A stretch of 64,000 nt of DNA from an uncultured Prolixibacteraceae bacterium. GTDB taxonomy: Bacteria; Bacteroidota; Bacteroidia; Bacteroidales; FEN-979. Positions 1 to 8,496 of the stretch are shown here, one piece after another. The DNA is taken from positions 3,811 through 67,810 of the forward strand of contig CAZGIM010000005.1 of NCBI GenBank assembly GCA_964525995.1. The letters are read 5' to 3'. The first letter of the stretch is position 1, and every line of letters starts with the position of its first letter. The translations under genes were made by a program, and so were the position numbers. Under the pieces are notes generated by a model. That model was not told the DNA's origin and ran no database searches. It saw only the letters and a list, made by a program, of their open reading frames with translations.

Positions 1-1850
1 CAGTCGAGGGTAACCATACAATCCAGTCCCCCTGAATTTTTGCATAAAGAAAAGTTCTGTATTACAGATGAATTTCCGTAATACATTTTCACCTGTAAGG
101 ACGCTTGTTCGGGACCCGTTTCCATGATGGTAAATTCAGGTTTTTCAAATTTCCCTATCACTTTATTATAGGCAACAACACCGTGCCCCCAGGTATCGCC
201 AGAGTCTTTTAAAACTAAAGGAACAGCGCCGGGTTTCAGTAATAATTCACGCTTGCTTTTTTTATCGAAATACGAAATGATATAGCCGGTTTGTTTATCA
301 AAGATTATTTTCACAAAATCATTTTCCAACGAATTTTCTGTGACTATCCCTTTTACCTCCGGTTTCAGGGGTTTCCTGGCGCTGCTGAAATCCAGTCTGA
401 AAATTTTATAACCGAAACCCGGTATTTCAGCTTCAAATAATGCAGTGGCTCTCCATCTTACTTTAGCTCCCGCCGTTCTCACTTCCTGATAGGTCACTTC
501 TTTTCCCTCATCATTGTAAAGTACCGGTGTTACTTTGTAATCCTCTTTTTCCGTCTCAACGCGGATATACTTTTTTACTGTCCATGCGCATGGATTGAAA
601 ACGATGAAAGGAATGGAGTTTTTAAATGCCGTATCCGCAGTATTTACCTGCGTTACTAATTGCTGCATGGCTGTTGATTGAATGTCCCTGGCTTCCGACA
701 AGGCATAGCCGAGGTCGTTACGTGCATCGGTGTACGCCGACTCTATTGCCGAGCCAGCTAATATATCATGAAACTGGTTGAACAAAACTTTTTTCCACGA
801 TTCATTGAGTCGCGAAGTCTGATTCGCTGAGCTGAACATGGCTGTTGTGAGTGATGAAACTTTTTCGGCCGATAACATCGCAATTTCCGCCTGACGATTC
901 CACATCTTTATATCGGAGCAGGCAGAATAACATCCGCGTGCGTGATGTTGTAATTCGTCATCAACGACTGGAAATGAATTTTGCATCGGTTTAATCCAGT
1001 CGACAAAGTCTTCAAGCGAGCCGAAGTGCATATTGGGATATTTGCCTGCTTCTAATTCTTTTATTTTCTGAATATTTTCAATCGTTGGTCCGCCGCCGTG
1101 ATTGCCTACTCCATAAAAGAAAGGGAAGGTGTTTATTCCGGGAAGATCTTTGGCATAACGTTGTCGCAATCGTTCGATAACCGTTTCATAATTCCCGGTT
1201 CTGCTATTATTGTATGAAGCGGCAATCTGCACGGCCAACACCCCAGAGCCGTCAGGACCCTTCCAGTTGAACAAAGGGGAAGGCAGCGCAGGGTTATCAT
1301 TTGTATTTGGACGCATGAAACAATATGATTGCATTTCCTGCAAATTCAAAATTTGCGGTAATGTCCAGGGATGACCGAATGCATCAGGGTTAAAACCGAT
1401 CATTACCTTTTTACCAAAATTCTTCTGAAAATAAAGCTGCCCATATAAACCCTGTCGCAACAGCGATTCACCTAAGGGGCAGTTCAGATCAGGCTCTATC
1501 CACCATCCTCCCACAATATTCCAGCGACCTTCACCAACCCTGTATTTTATCTCGCTGAACATGGCAGTATCGGTTTTCGCGACCCATTCATAAAATTGTG
1601 CAGAGCTTGCAATAAACGACACGCCAGTAAATTCTTTCATCCTGTCTAATGCTGAGCGAAAAGTTGCAAACACTTCGGCATATCCTTCATCTTTGGTCCA
1701 GCGCCACACGGGATCAATATGCGCATGACCTATAGCAACAATAACAGGAAGGCTGTCCTGTTTTTTCGCGGCTGGGACTGAACCGGATTTTTGCGCTTGT
1801 GCGATGAGTATACACAAGAACATCACGAGAAGCGATATGATTTTTTTCAT
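1..1850 (-). CDS. GH38 alpha-mannosidase, secreted (3' end runs off the window; absent from the ORF track)
   Basis: Manual translation from ATG at 1850 gives MKKIISLLVMFLC (signal peptide), then GHAHIDPVWRW, IVGGWWIEPD, NPDAFGH, YGVGNHGGGP and NQFHDILAGS, all GH38 motifs. The frame is open to the window edge. Confidence 0.9.
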   Translation of the reverse strand, partial: MKKIISLLVMFLCILIAQAQKSGSVPAAKKQDSLPVIVAIGHAHIDPVWRWTKDEGYAEVFATFRSALDRMKEFTGVSFIASSAQFYEWVAKTDTAMFSEIKYRVGEGRWNIVGGWWIEPDLNCPLGESLLRQGLYGQLYFQKNFGKKVMIGFNPDAFGHPWTLPQILNLQEMQSYCFMRPNTNDNPALPSPLFNWKGPDGSGVLAVQIAASYNNSRTGNYETVIERLRQRYAKDLPGINTFPFFYGVGNHGGGPTIENIQKIKELEAGKYPNMHFGSLEDFVDWIKPMQNSFPVVDDELQHHARGCYSACSDIKMWNRQAEIAMLSAEKVSSLTTAMFSSANQTSRLNESWKKVLFNQFHDILAGSAIESAYTDARNDLGYALSEARDIQSTAMQQLVTQVNTADTAFKNSIPFIVFNPCAWTVKKYIRVETEKEDYKVTPVLYNDEGKEVTYQEVRTAGAKVRWRATALFEAEIPGFGYKIFRLDFSSARKPLKPEVKGIVTENSLENDFVKIIFDKQTGYIISYFDKKSKRELLLKPGAVPLVLKDSGDTWGHGVVAYNKVIGKFEKPEFTIMETGPEQASLQVKMYYGNSSVIQNFSLCKNSGGLDCMVTLD

Positions 1851-1883
1851 AGCTTGGAATAACACAATTTGAACATAGTTCCC

Positions 1884-2735
1884 TTAAAATCCATTCTTTG
1901 CAATGTAAGCGGCTCCGGCAATGGCCGTATCATATCCCAGCTTTGATAATGCGAGTAGGGGAGGCTTCACAAGGGTTAATTGTCTTTTCATTTCCGCTTC
2001 GATTTTTTGAAGAAAGGGTTCGCCTGCGCCAAAAGCAATTCCTCCGCCGAAAACAATAATATCGGGGGTCATTATGGTTGCAATATTACGTAAACCCTGC
2101 CCGAGATTATAGATCACCTCACTCCATTCGTCATCGTTAAGCTCTTCAGCGGGTTTGCCATATATTCTTTTTATTGCATTTCCCGACACCAGGGCTTCTA
2201 TGCAATCGGGCGAACCACATTCACATTGTACTTTTTCGGGATATCTGCACCTGAAGTTGATGGTTTGATGTCCCACTTCAGGATGATTCCCATTAAAGCC
2301 ACGGTAAACTTTACCGTCGATGATATATCCTCCTCCCATTCCTGTGCTCAACGTGATATAAAGGAACTTCTCATGACTGTATTTTCCAAGATGATATTCG
2401 CCCAATGCTGCAACATTGGTATCAACATCAACATAAAAAGGGCATCCCCATTTTTTTTCCATCATATCTTTAAGAGGAATATTCCGCCATTGGTGCTGAT
2501 GCAAAGGTGACACAATACCCCTGACCGCATCGAGCGGACCACCGATCGCGGCTCCGATACCGCCAATTCTGTCTTTATTGGAAACTTCGTTTATCATTTT
2601 ATTAAGGAGATCGATCCCCTCATTAAAATCTTCAGGAGTGTTGTATTTGACACGTTTTATTTCCAGCAAATTTTCAGTGAAGGAGGCGACCATGAATTTT
2701 GTGCCGCCAATGTCTAATGCAATGTACTGTTTCAT
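1884..2735 (-). CDS. ROK family sugar kinase (glucokinase-like)
   Basis: ALDIGGTK ATP motif, DTNVAALGE, STGMGGG, EVGHQ and CECGxxDCIE zinc motif. Confidence 0.9.
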   Translation of the reverse strand: MKQYIALDIGGTKFMVASFTENLLEIKRVKYNTPEDFNEGIDLLNKMINEVSNKDRIGGIGAAIGGPLDAVRGIVSPLHQHQWRNIPLKDMMEKKWGCPFYVDVDTNVAALGEYHLGKYSHEKFLYITLSTGMGGGYIIDGKVYRGFNGNHPEVGHQTINFRCRYPEKVQCECGSPDCIEALVSGNAIKRIYGKPAEELNDDEWSEVIYNLGQGLRNIATIMTPDIIVFGGGIAFGAGEPFLQKIEAEMKRQLTLVKPPLLALSKLGYDTAIAGAAYIAKNGF

Positions 2736-2791
2736 GATAAAAGTCTTAAATGCAATATTTAGTTCGCACTAGTGGATTGACATACCTGAGA

Positions 2792-4261
2792 TTATTTTTC
2801 AACAACCACCCCTGTCGATTTATGTGAATACACAGGATCTTTTTTACCGCCAGGTTCAGTTATTGTAAGCGTTTTAAAAGTAGCACCCTGAACATCATTA
2901 AGCACAACCGGCATCCTGAAATCCGGTTTATCGCATATCATCGTAACATGGGTGAAAGTAATATTTTTTGCATGACGTATATAAAATCCCCATGCCGGAA
3001 GCTCTTTGAACATCGAGAATTCCGGATATTTGCCTTTCACTTCAGGGATGGAGTCTATTTTATCAAGATCAACTTTGGCAAAATTTGCATTGCCACCTCC
3101 GGGATAATGTATCTCAATATTTTTCAAAGTAACGTTCTCAATCTTCGCATCGGGCATGCCAACAATACTGGCAGGAGAAATGTTACGCGGCATATCTTCC
3201 ACAGGCCCTTCGTAACGGTAGCCGGCATCGGGCTTAGTGGCAGGAATTTCGACATACAGGTTTGAAATATTGACATTGCTCATTTTGCCTTTTCGACCCT
3301 TTTGCCGTTCACCGATGCTGAGGAATATTGCATTTCCCGTATTTATTGCCTTCAGACTGTCAACAATAATATTATCGACGGTTGCACCGTCAACGGCAGA
3401 AATAGTGATTGCCGAGCGATAGGTGTCGAAAATGACATTTTTTATGATCCTGATATTTTTAAAGCCCCCGTATGAAGCGGTACCGAATTTAATGCCGCTG
3501 GCGCTGGAACGTACGGTATTGTTGTAAACGTAAATATTCTGGCAAACAGCGCTGGTGTCATGCGATTTCAGGCATATTCCGTCGTCGGAAGCATCAATAT
3601 ATGAGTTTTTGATGCTCACACTGTCGCAATCGACTATATCAATTCCGTCGTTGTTCCAGTATGCCTTGGAGTCAAGGGTTACTTTGTCAATTACAACGTT
3701 TTTACATTGGTCGGTAACGAGTGTCCAGGCGCAGGGGTCTTTAAATGTGATCCCCCGGAGCGTTACATTGGTGCATTCCCTGAAATAAATGTCGAACGGT
3801 CGGCTGGCACCAGGGCGGTCGTCAATAAGTTTGTCAATGATCACCTCTTTATAGACCATATCAATGATGTTATTTGCCAGAGCGAAGCCTTGCCCGTCAA
3901 TGACGCCCATACCGGTGATGCCGATATTCTTCACATTATAGGCAAGTATGAGCGCCGGTTGTTTTAACGCTTTCTGATAATCGAATGGATTGGTAGAACC
4001 AACAATGACGGCCCCTTCCTGCAGCTGTATGGTGACATTGTCTTTCATGAAAACGGAACCGGTAAGATAGCGCCCCACATAAAAAACCAGCCTTCCGCCG
4101 CCGTTTTCACTAATAAAATCAATGCCTTTCTGAATGGATGTTGTATTCAAAGTCACGCCGTCTGATTTAATACCAAACATAGATGCTTTGTAGTCCTTTG
4201 CCGAAAGGTGGATCGATAAGCCCAGCAATAAAACAAGGGACATAAGTTTTAAAGGTTTCAT
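2792..4261 (-). CDS. GH28 glycoside hydrolase (polygalacturonase-like beta-helix), secreted
   Basis: Signal peptide, GRYLTGSVFMK, NNDGID, DDGICLKS and GIKFGT motifs of Bacteroidota GH28. Confidence 0.85.
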   Translation of the reverse strand: MKPLKLMSLVLLLGLSIHLSAKDYKASMFGIKSDGVTLNTTSIQKGIDFISENGGGRLVFYVGRYLTGSVFMKDNVTIQLQEGAVIVGSTNPFDYQKALKQPALILAYNVKNIGITGMGVIDGQGFALANNIIDMVYKEVIIDKLIDDRPGASRPFDIYFRECTNVTLRGITFKDPCAWTLVTDQCKNVVIDKVTLDSKAYWNNDGIDIVDCDSVSIKNSYIDASDDGICLKSHDTSAVCQNIYVYNNTVRSSASGIKFGTASYGGFKNIRIIKNVIFDTYRSAITISAVDGATVDNIIVDSLKAINTGNAIFLSIGERQKGRKGKMSNVNISNLYVEIPATKPDAGYRYEGPVEDMPRNISPASIVGMPDAKIENVTLKNIEIHYPGGGNANFAKVDLDKIDSIPEVKGKYPEFSMFKELPAWGFYIRHAKNITFTHVTMICDKPDFRMPVVLNDVQGATFKTLTITEPGGKKDPVYSHKSTGVVVEK

Positions 4262-4470
4262 AACGATGATTTTAGGTTAACGATTTTCAGATCACAATGC
4301 AATAGATAAAAACGTAGAAAAAACATTGATGAAGCCAACAATAAAGATACACCCATAGAACCAACTACCACTAGTGGAATTTTTCCACCACAGATAACGC
4401 GTCCACTTTCGAACAACCATTTCTTCATGAAATACATCCGGTGGGTCTCGTTCCTCAACCTCACGAAGGC

Positions 4471-6723
4471 TTATTTATTAACAACAGGGTGAATCCCCTC
4501 CCAGGGTGATTGCAATTCTTTGATAACCAGCTTTAATTTCTGTTCGAGTCCAACAATCCAGATTTTATCATGCACTTCGAAGATCAGGTCAGGTTCCGGG
4601 TTTACCATATGCAATCCATTTCTTTCGATGCCAATAATGAGACCTTTGGTTTTTTCACGAATTCCGGATCCACGGATGCTTTGGCCGGCAAGACGCGCAT
4701 TGTTCTTAATCGTAAAATGGTGCAACGATACAGGGTGTTTCTTATCTTCTCTTACATTTTCAGTACCGGATATTTCAAGGAAGGATTTGAATCTGCCAAG
4801 TTGTTCTTCATCGCCAATAACTAAAATTATATCGTTTGGATACAGATGATTGTCGCGGTCAGGAACAGGGATTATAAAATCTCCCCGTTCGATCTGAACA
4901 ATGTTTACTCCGAATTCCTCCCTTATTTTTGATTCGGATAACGTCTTTCCAACATACGGGGAGTGGAACGTTATCGCGAATTTGGCAATATGCGAATTCC
5001 ATGGCGTGAGGATATAATTCTGTATTGCGGTTCCTGACTCACGCTCATGAAAATTGGTATAAAACCTTGATTCGATTTTCCAGTACAGGGTTTTAATCCG
5101 GTTGAAGAAAATGACTAGAATCAGACAAGCAATAATAATTCCTAAAAAAGCGATTATTGGTGAAAAAAAGTGATTAAGCAGGGACACGACGAACAATACC
5201 GCCAGGATGATCCTGGAAAGCTGTAAAAAAAGTAAAGAATGTCGTTTGGAATCTCTGGCCCAAACCTTCTCGTAAGCGGGGCTATGCGGCCTGCGAAATG
5301 CCAGCGCCCAAAGAAATGGTGACAATACAACAAGAGTAACAACTGCCTTTATTACCTGATGATACTTATACCCCGTGAAAAGGGTATCCAGGTATTTGTG
5401 GCTTAAGAATATTATTGAAATGATAATCACTGAAAAAATGACGATGTTAACGAAATAGTTGATGAGGACCCTTTTCCAGTCACTCATTTCTGAAATCCGC
5501 TGTTTACCTGAGCTATATGTCTGTAAAATGGTTTTCCATTTTTCTGGCATATTTTTTTCTATCAGATTGGTGACCGGTTGCGACAGACGGATCATGTAAG
5601 GTGTAGTAAATGTTGTAAGCACTGAAACTGCTACTGCCACAGGATACAAAAAATTGCTTGTTACATTCAGCGTTAGTCCTAAGGCAGCGATGATAAACGA
5701 AAACTCACCGATTTGTGAAAGACTCATGCCTGATGGTATAGCTATTTTGACTGGCTGACCCGAAGCCATGGTACCAAGAGTTACAAAAAATGGTTTTCCA
5801 AGCAGCAAAACCAGAGTTGCTGCGCCAATCGGAATGATATGCGTTATGAGCATCTGGGGGTTGATTAACATACCAACGGATACGAAGAAAATGGCTCCGA
5901 ACAGAGTTTTAATGGATTTGGTAAGGTGTTCGATCTTCTCTGCTTTTGTGGTTTCAGCTAAAACCGAACCCATTACAAATGCGCCAAGCGCTGAAGAGAA
6001 CCCGGAGTATGTTGCCAGGATGACCATCAGAAAACACAATGCAAGCGAGATAATGAGAAGCGTCTCATCGTTGATGAACCTTTTAAGTTTTCTGAACAGA
6101 GTCGGCAGAAAGAAAATCCCGGCTAAAAACCAAATGATTAAAAAGAAAACCAGTTTTAACAGGGCATAAAACATCTCCGGGCCGGCGAAAGTCCGGCTTA
6201 CAGCGACTGTCGAAAGCAACACTAATAATAACACGGCCACCAGATCTTCGATGACCAGAACCCCCGTTACAATTCCTGCAAATTTCCGGTTTCGTAACCC
6301 AAGTTCATCAAAGGCACGGATAATAATGGTCGTGGATGCAATAGCCAAAATTCCCCCTAAAAACAGACTGTCGATGAAATTCCAGCCCAACAGTTGACCA
6401 ACACCAAATCCCAACAATAAGGTCAGTGGTACTTCGGTTAATGCAGTAAGTGCAGCCACTCCCCCTACTTTCAGTAACTTTTTAAAACTGAATTCAAGTC
6501 CAAGGCTGAACAATAAGAAAATAACTCCTATCTCGGCCCATGTTTTTATGCTTTCCTGTTCAATTACAGTTGGAAATAAAATAAAGTTAGGTCCGACGAA
6601 AAAACCGGCGATAATATAACCAAGCACAACAGGTTGTTTTAACATCTTGAATATAAGAGTAACAACGGCAGCAGTGCACAGAATAAGCGCCAGATCATAT
6701 ATAAATACAGGTAATTGTACCAT
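4471..6723 (-). CDS. CPA2 cation:proton antiporter with two C-terminal TrkA-C (RCK_C) domains
   Basis: About 13 TM segments with EIGVIFLLFSLGLEFS, IASTTII, LVIEDL and QIGEFSFII, followed by two GKTLSE/GQSIRG-type TrkA-C repeats. Start moved from 6744 to 6723 because a -7 box overlaps the longer start. Confidence 0.9.
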   Translation of the reverse strand: MVQLPVFIYDLALILCTAAVVTLIFKMLKQPVVLGYIIAGFFVGPNFILFPTVIEQESIKTWAEIGVIFLLFSLGLEFSFKKLLKVGGVAALTALTEVPLTLLLGFGVGQLLGWNFIDSLFLGGILAIASTTIIIRAFDELGLRNRKFAGIVTGVLVIEDLVAVLLLVLLSTVAVSRTFAGPEMFYALLKLVFFLIIWFLAGIFFLPTLFRKLKRFINDETLLIISLALCFLMVILATYSGFSSALGAFVMGSVLAETTKAEKIEHLTKSIKTLFGAIFFVSVGMLINPQMLITHIIPIGAATLVLLLGKPFFVTLGTMASGQPVKIAIPSGMSLSQIGEFSFIIAALGLTLNVTSNFLYPVAVAVSVLTTFTTPYMIRLSQPVTNLIEKNMPEKWKTILQTYSSGKQRISEMSDWKRVLINYFVNIVIFSVIIISIIFLSHKYLDTLFTGYKYHQVIKAVVTLVVLSPFLWALAFRRPHSPAYEKVWARDSKRHSLLFLQLSRIILAVLFVVSLLNHFFSPIIAFLGIIIACLILVIFFNRIKTLYWKIESRFYTNFHERESGTAIQNYILTPWNSHIAKFAITFHSPYVGKTLSESKIREEFGVNIVQIERGDFIIPVPDRDNHLYPNDIILVIGDEEQLGRFKSFLEISGTENVREDKKHPVSLHHFTIKNNARLAGQSIRGSGIREKTKGLIIGIERNGLHMVNPEPDLIFEVHDKIWIVGLEQKLKLVIKELQSPWEGIHPVVNK

Positions 6724-6745
6724 GGCCCGGAATCTGTTTTTCAAA

Positions 6746-6753
6746 CAAATTTA
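6746..6753 (-). promoter_or_regulatory. Bacteroidota -7 promoter element (TAAATTTG) for the antiporter
   Basis: Reverse complement of caaattta matches TAnnTTTG, 23 nt upstream of ATG 6723. The -33 element is weak. Confidence 0.5.
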
Positions 6754-6862
6754 GGATATTTGAAAATGCCTGAAAACTTTATTCAGAACTGACTGACGCT
6801 AATCACCTGTTATCACTATTAGTAATCCGTGCTCTGAAAACCAGGTTCATATTCCAATCCTG

Positions 6863-8068
6863 TTACTGAAAGAGCACAAACTCACCATCGACCAGTTCCT
6901 GGACGACTGGCGGATGAACCGGGTTGCGCAACGTATCGAAGGAAAATGTCCCCAGAATCGTTTCCAGATTACTGGTGTTTGCAAGGGATGCGCGCAGCGT
7001 CTCGCTGCTGATTACTGACGAACGTTTCAGGGCATCAGCAATGATATAGATGCTGGCATAGGCCTGTGCAGCAAATTGATCAGGCGTTGAGCCATAGTGG
7101 CTGACATAGTTGTCAATGAACTGGGCATTGCCCGGCGTATTTTCTGTATGGATCCAGGCTGAGCCGCAGATCGCTCCCTGAGCGGCAGTTCCGGCCTGCT
7201 GCCAGAGTTTTGAGGTGTTGAAACTGTTGCCTCCGATGAACCTGATGCTGTCGGGGAATCCCAAATTCTTAGCCTGAACCATGATCTGTGAAGCTTCATT
7301 GACAAGCACCGCAAGCACGATCACGTCGGGATTTGCCGCCTTTACACGGTTCAGTTGATCAGTGAACTTGTTGTCACCCTTGTGGACTGTATCTGTCGAC
7401 ACGATCGTTATGCCCGGCGTGTTTTCAAGCGCAGTCCTGAACGATTCATATGCCCCGACGGTATATGGATCATCGTTCCCGTAAATGATAGAGACTTTTG
7501 AATAACCGAGCTTTTCATGCGTCACCCGGATGGTATTGGGGATCACAACTGGTTCAGGTAAACAGTTCCTGAAAATGAAGTTGCCCATCTCGGTGATCCC
7601 GGAAACGGTATTGGATATGCCCATAACCACAACCCCACGATTCTGGGCAACGGTATCAGCGACAAATGCCGAATTCGATGAAGTGGGTCCGATGATCGCG
7701 AGCACTTTTTTCACCGAAATGAGTTCTCTGAAAATGTTCCGGCAGGTGTCGGGCACCGATTTGTCATCGACGATATACGGAACAAGCCTGATACCGGGAA
7801 TAAACGAATTAGCGTTGATTTCGTTTATGGCCAGGGTCGCCCCGTTCTGCTGGATGATCCCGTAGGGGCCGAAGTTTCCTGTAAAGGAGAAGACGATGCC
7901 AATGGGAACGTTAACAACAGGCGTTTCGGGATCGGACTCCTTTTTTTTGCATCCGGAAGATACTATGATACAGGCAAGAATTATAAGGGGAAGGACTCTG
8001 ACGTTGAATAAAAAGTCCATACAGGAATATGTACGAGTCATTTTCTTCAGGGTGTTGTGATTGATCAA
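6863..8068 (-). CDS. LivK/LivJ-like branched-chain amino acid substrate-binding protein with a lipoprotein signal; orphan
   Basis: Lipobox VSSGC followed by KKKESD, then IGIVFSFTG, YIVDDKS, IIGPTSS, FIFRNC and DQFAAQAYAS (Peripla_BP_6 fold). True start is probably 8041 or 8020. Confidence 0.85.
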   Translation of the reverse strand: MINHNTLKKMTRTYSCMDFLFNVRVLPLIILACIIVSSGCKKKESDPETPVVNVPIGIVFSFTGNFGPYGIIQQNGATLAINEINANSFIPGIRLVPYIVDDKSVPDTCRNIFRELISVKKVLAIIGPTSSNSAFVADTVAQNRGVVVMGISNTVSGITEMGNFIFRNCLPEPVVIPNTIRVTHEKLGYSKVSIIYGNDDPYTVGAYESFRTALENTPGITIVSTDTVHKGDNKFTDQLNRVKAANPDVIVLAVLVNEASQIMVQAKNLGFPDSIRFIGGNSFNTSKLWQQAGTAAQGAICGSAWIHTENTPGNAQFIDNYVSHYGSTPDQFAAQAYASIYIIADALKRSSVISSETLRASLANTSNLETILGTFSFDTLRNPVHPPVVQELVDGEFVLFQ

Positions 8069-8076
8069 ATGAGCTT

Positions 8077-8084
8077 CAAAGATA
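8077..8084 (-). promoter_or_regulatory. -7 element (TATCTTTG) for the LivK-like gene
   Basis: caaagata on the + strand, 9 nt from the left end of MITE copy 1. Confidence 0.45.
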
Positions 8085-8093
8085 AGAATATAA

Positions 8094-8345
8094 GAGACTG
8101 TTTAAAATTTACGATTGAACATGATTTACGATTTACGATTGCAATTCGATTTCGGACTTACAGTTATCATCTTAGGGTATCATTTTAAATCTTTTCGTGT
8201 TGAAATTAACCTATAACCTAAAATTTGAAAGTAACATTCGTCGATCTGGATTCATACGTCATTTGTTTTCATTCGTAAATCGTAAATCATGTTCAATCGT
8301 AAATAGAAAGGATTTTCACCTGACAAACTAATTTTAAACAGACTC
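8094..8345. mobile_element. MITE copy 1 (252 bp, non-autonomous, IS5/IS1031-like ends)
   Basis: 16-bp TIRs gagactgtttaaaatt / aattttaaacagactc (15/16 match), flanked by TAA on both sides (8091-8093, 8346-8348). Perfect internal 32-bp inverted repeat at 8107-8138 / 8273-8304. Near-identical copy at 18948-19199. Confidence 0.85.
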
Positions 8346-8411
8346 TAAGTTGTCCCCAAAGATGGATATCGGGTCAAACAATTGTAGTGGCTGCGATGAA
8401 AGGAGGATTGA

Positions 8412-8442
8412 TTTGCTAATTGTGAATTCGGCATTATATTTG
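8412..8442 (+). promoter_or_regulatory. Bacteroidota housekeeping promoter (-33 TTTG, 19 nt, -7 TATATTTG) for the S8 protease
   Basis: TTTG at 8412-8415 and TATATTTG at 8435-8442, with canonical spacing. Confidence 0.7.
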
Positions 8443-8496
8443 CATCACACGCCCGTTTGGTCGAATATATTTAATTGTTTAACATACTATGATCTG

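Noticed and set aside
4258-4464. Small ORFs 4258-4464, 17223-17444 and 10630-10782 as genes
   Set aside because: No motifs or supporting context; they lie in likely promoter or intergenic DNA.
8350-8496. N-terminal extensions of ORF-track calls (8350, 11025, 13311, 52929, 59746, 27623)
   Set aside because: Signal peptides and, where seen, promoter boxes indicate downstream ATG starts.
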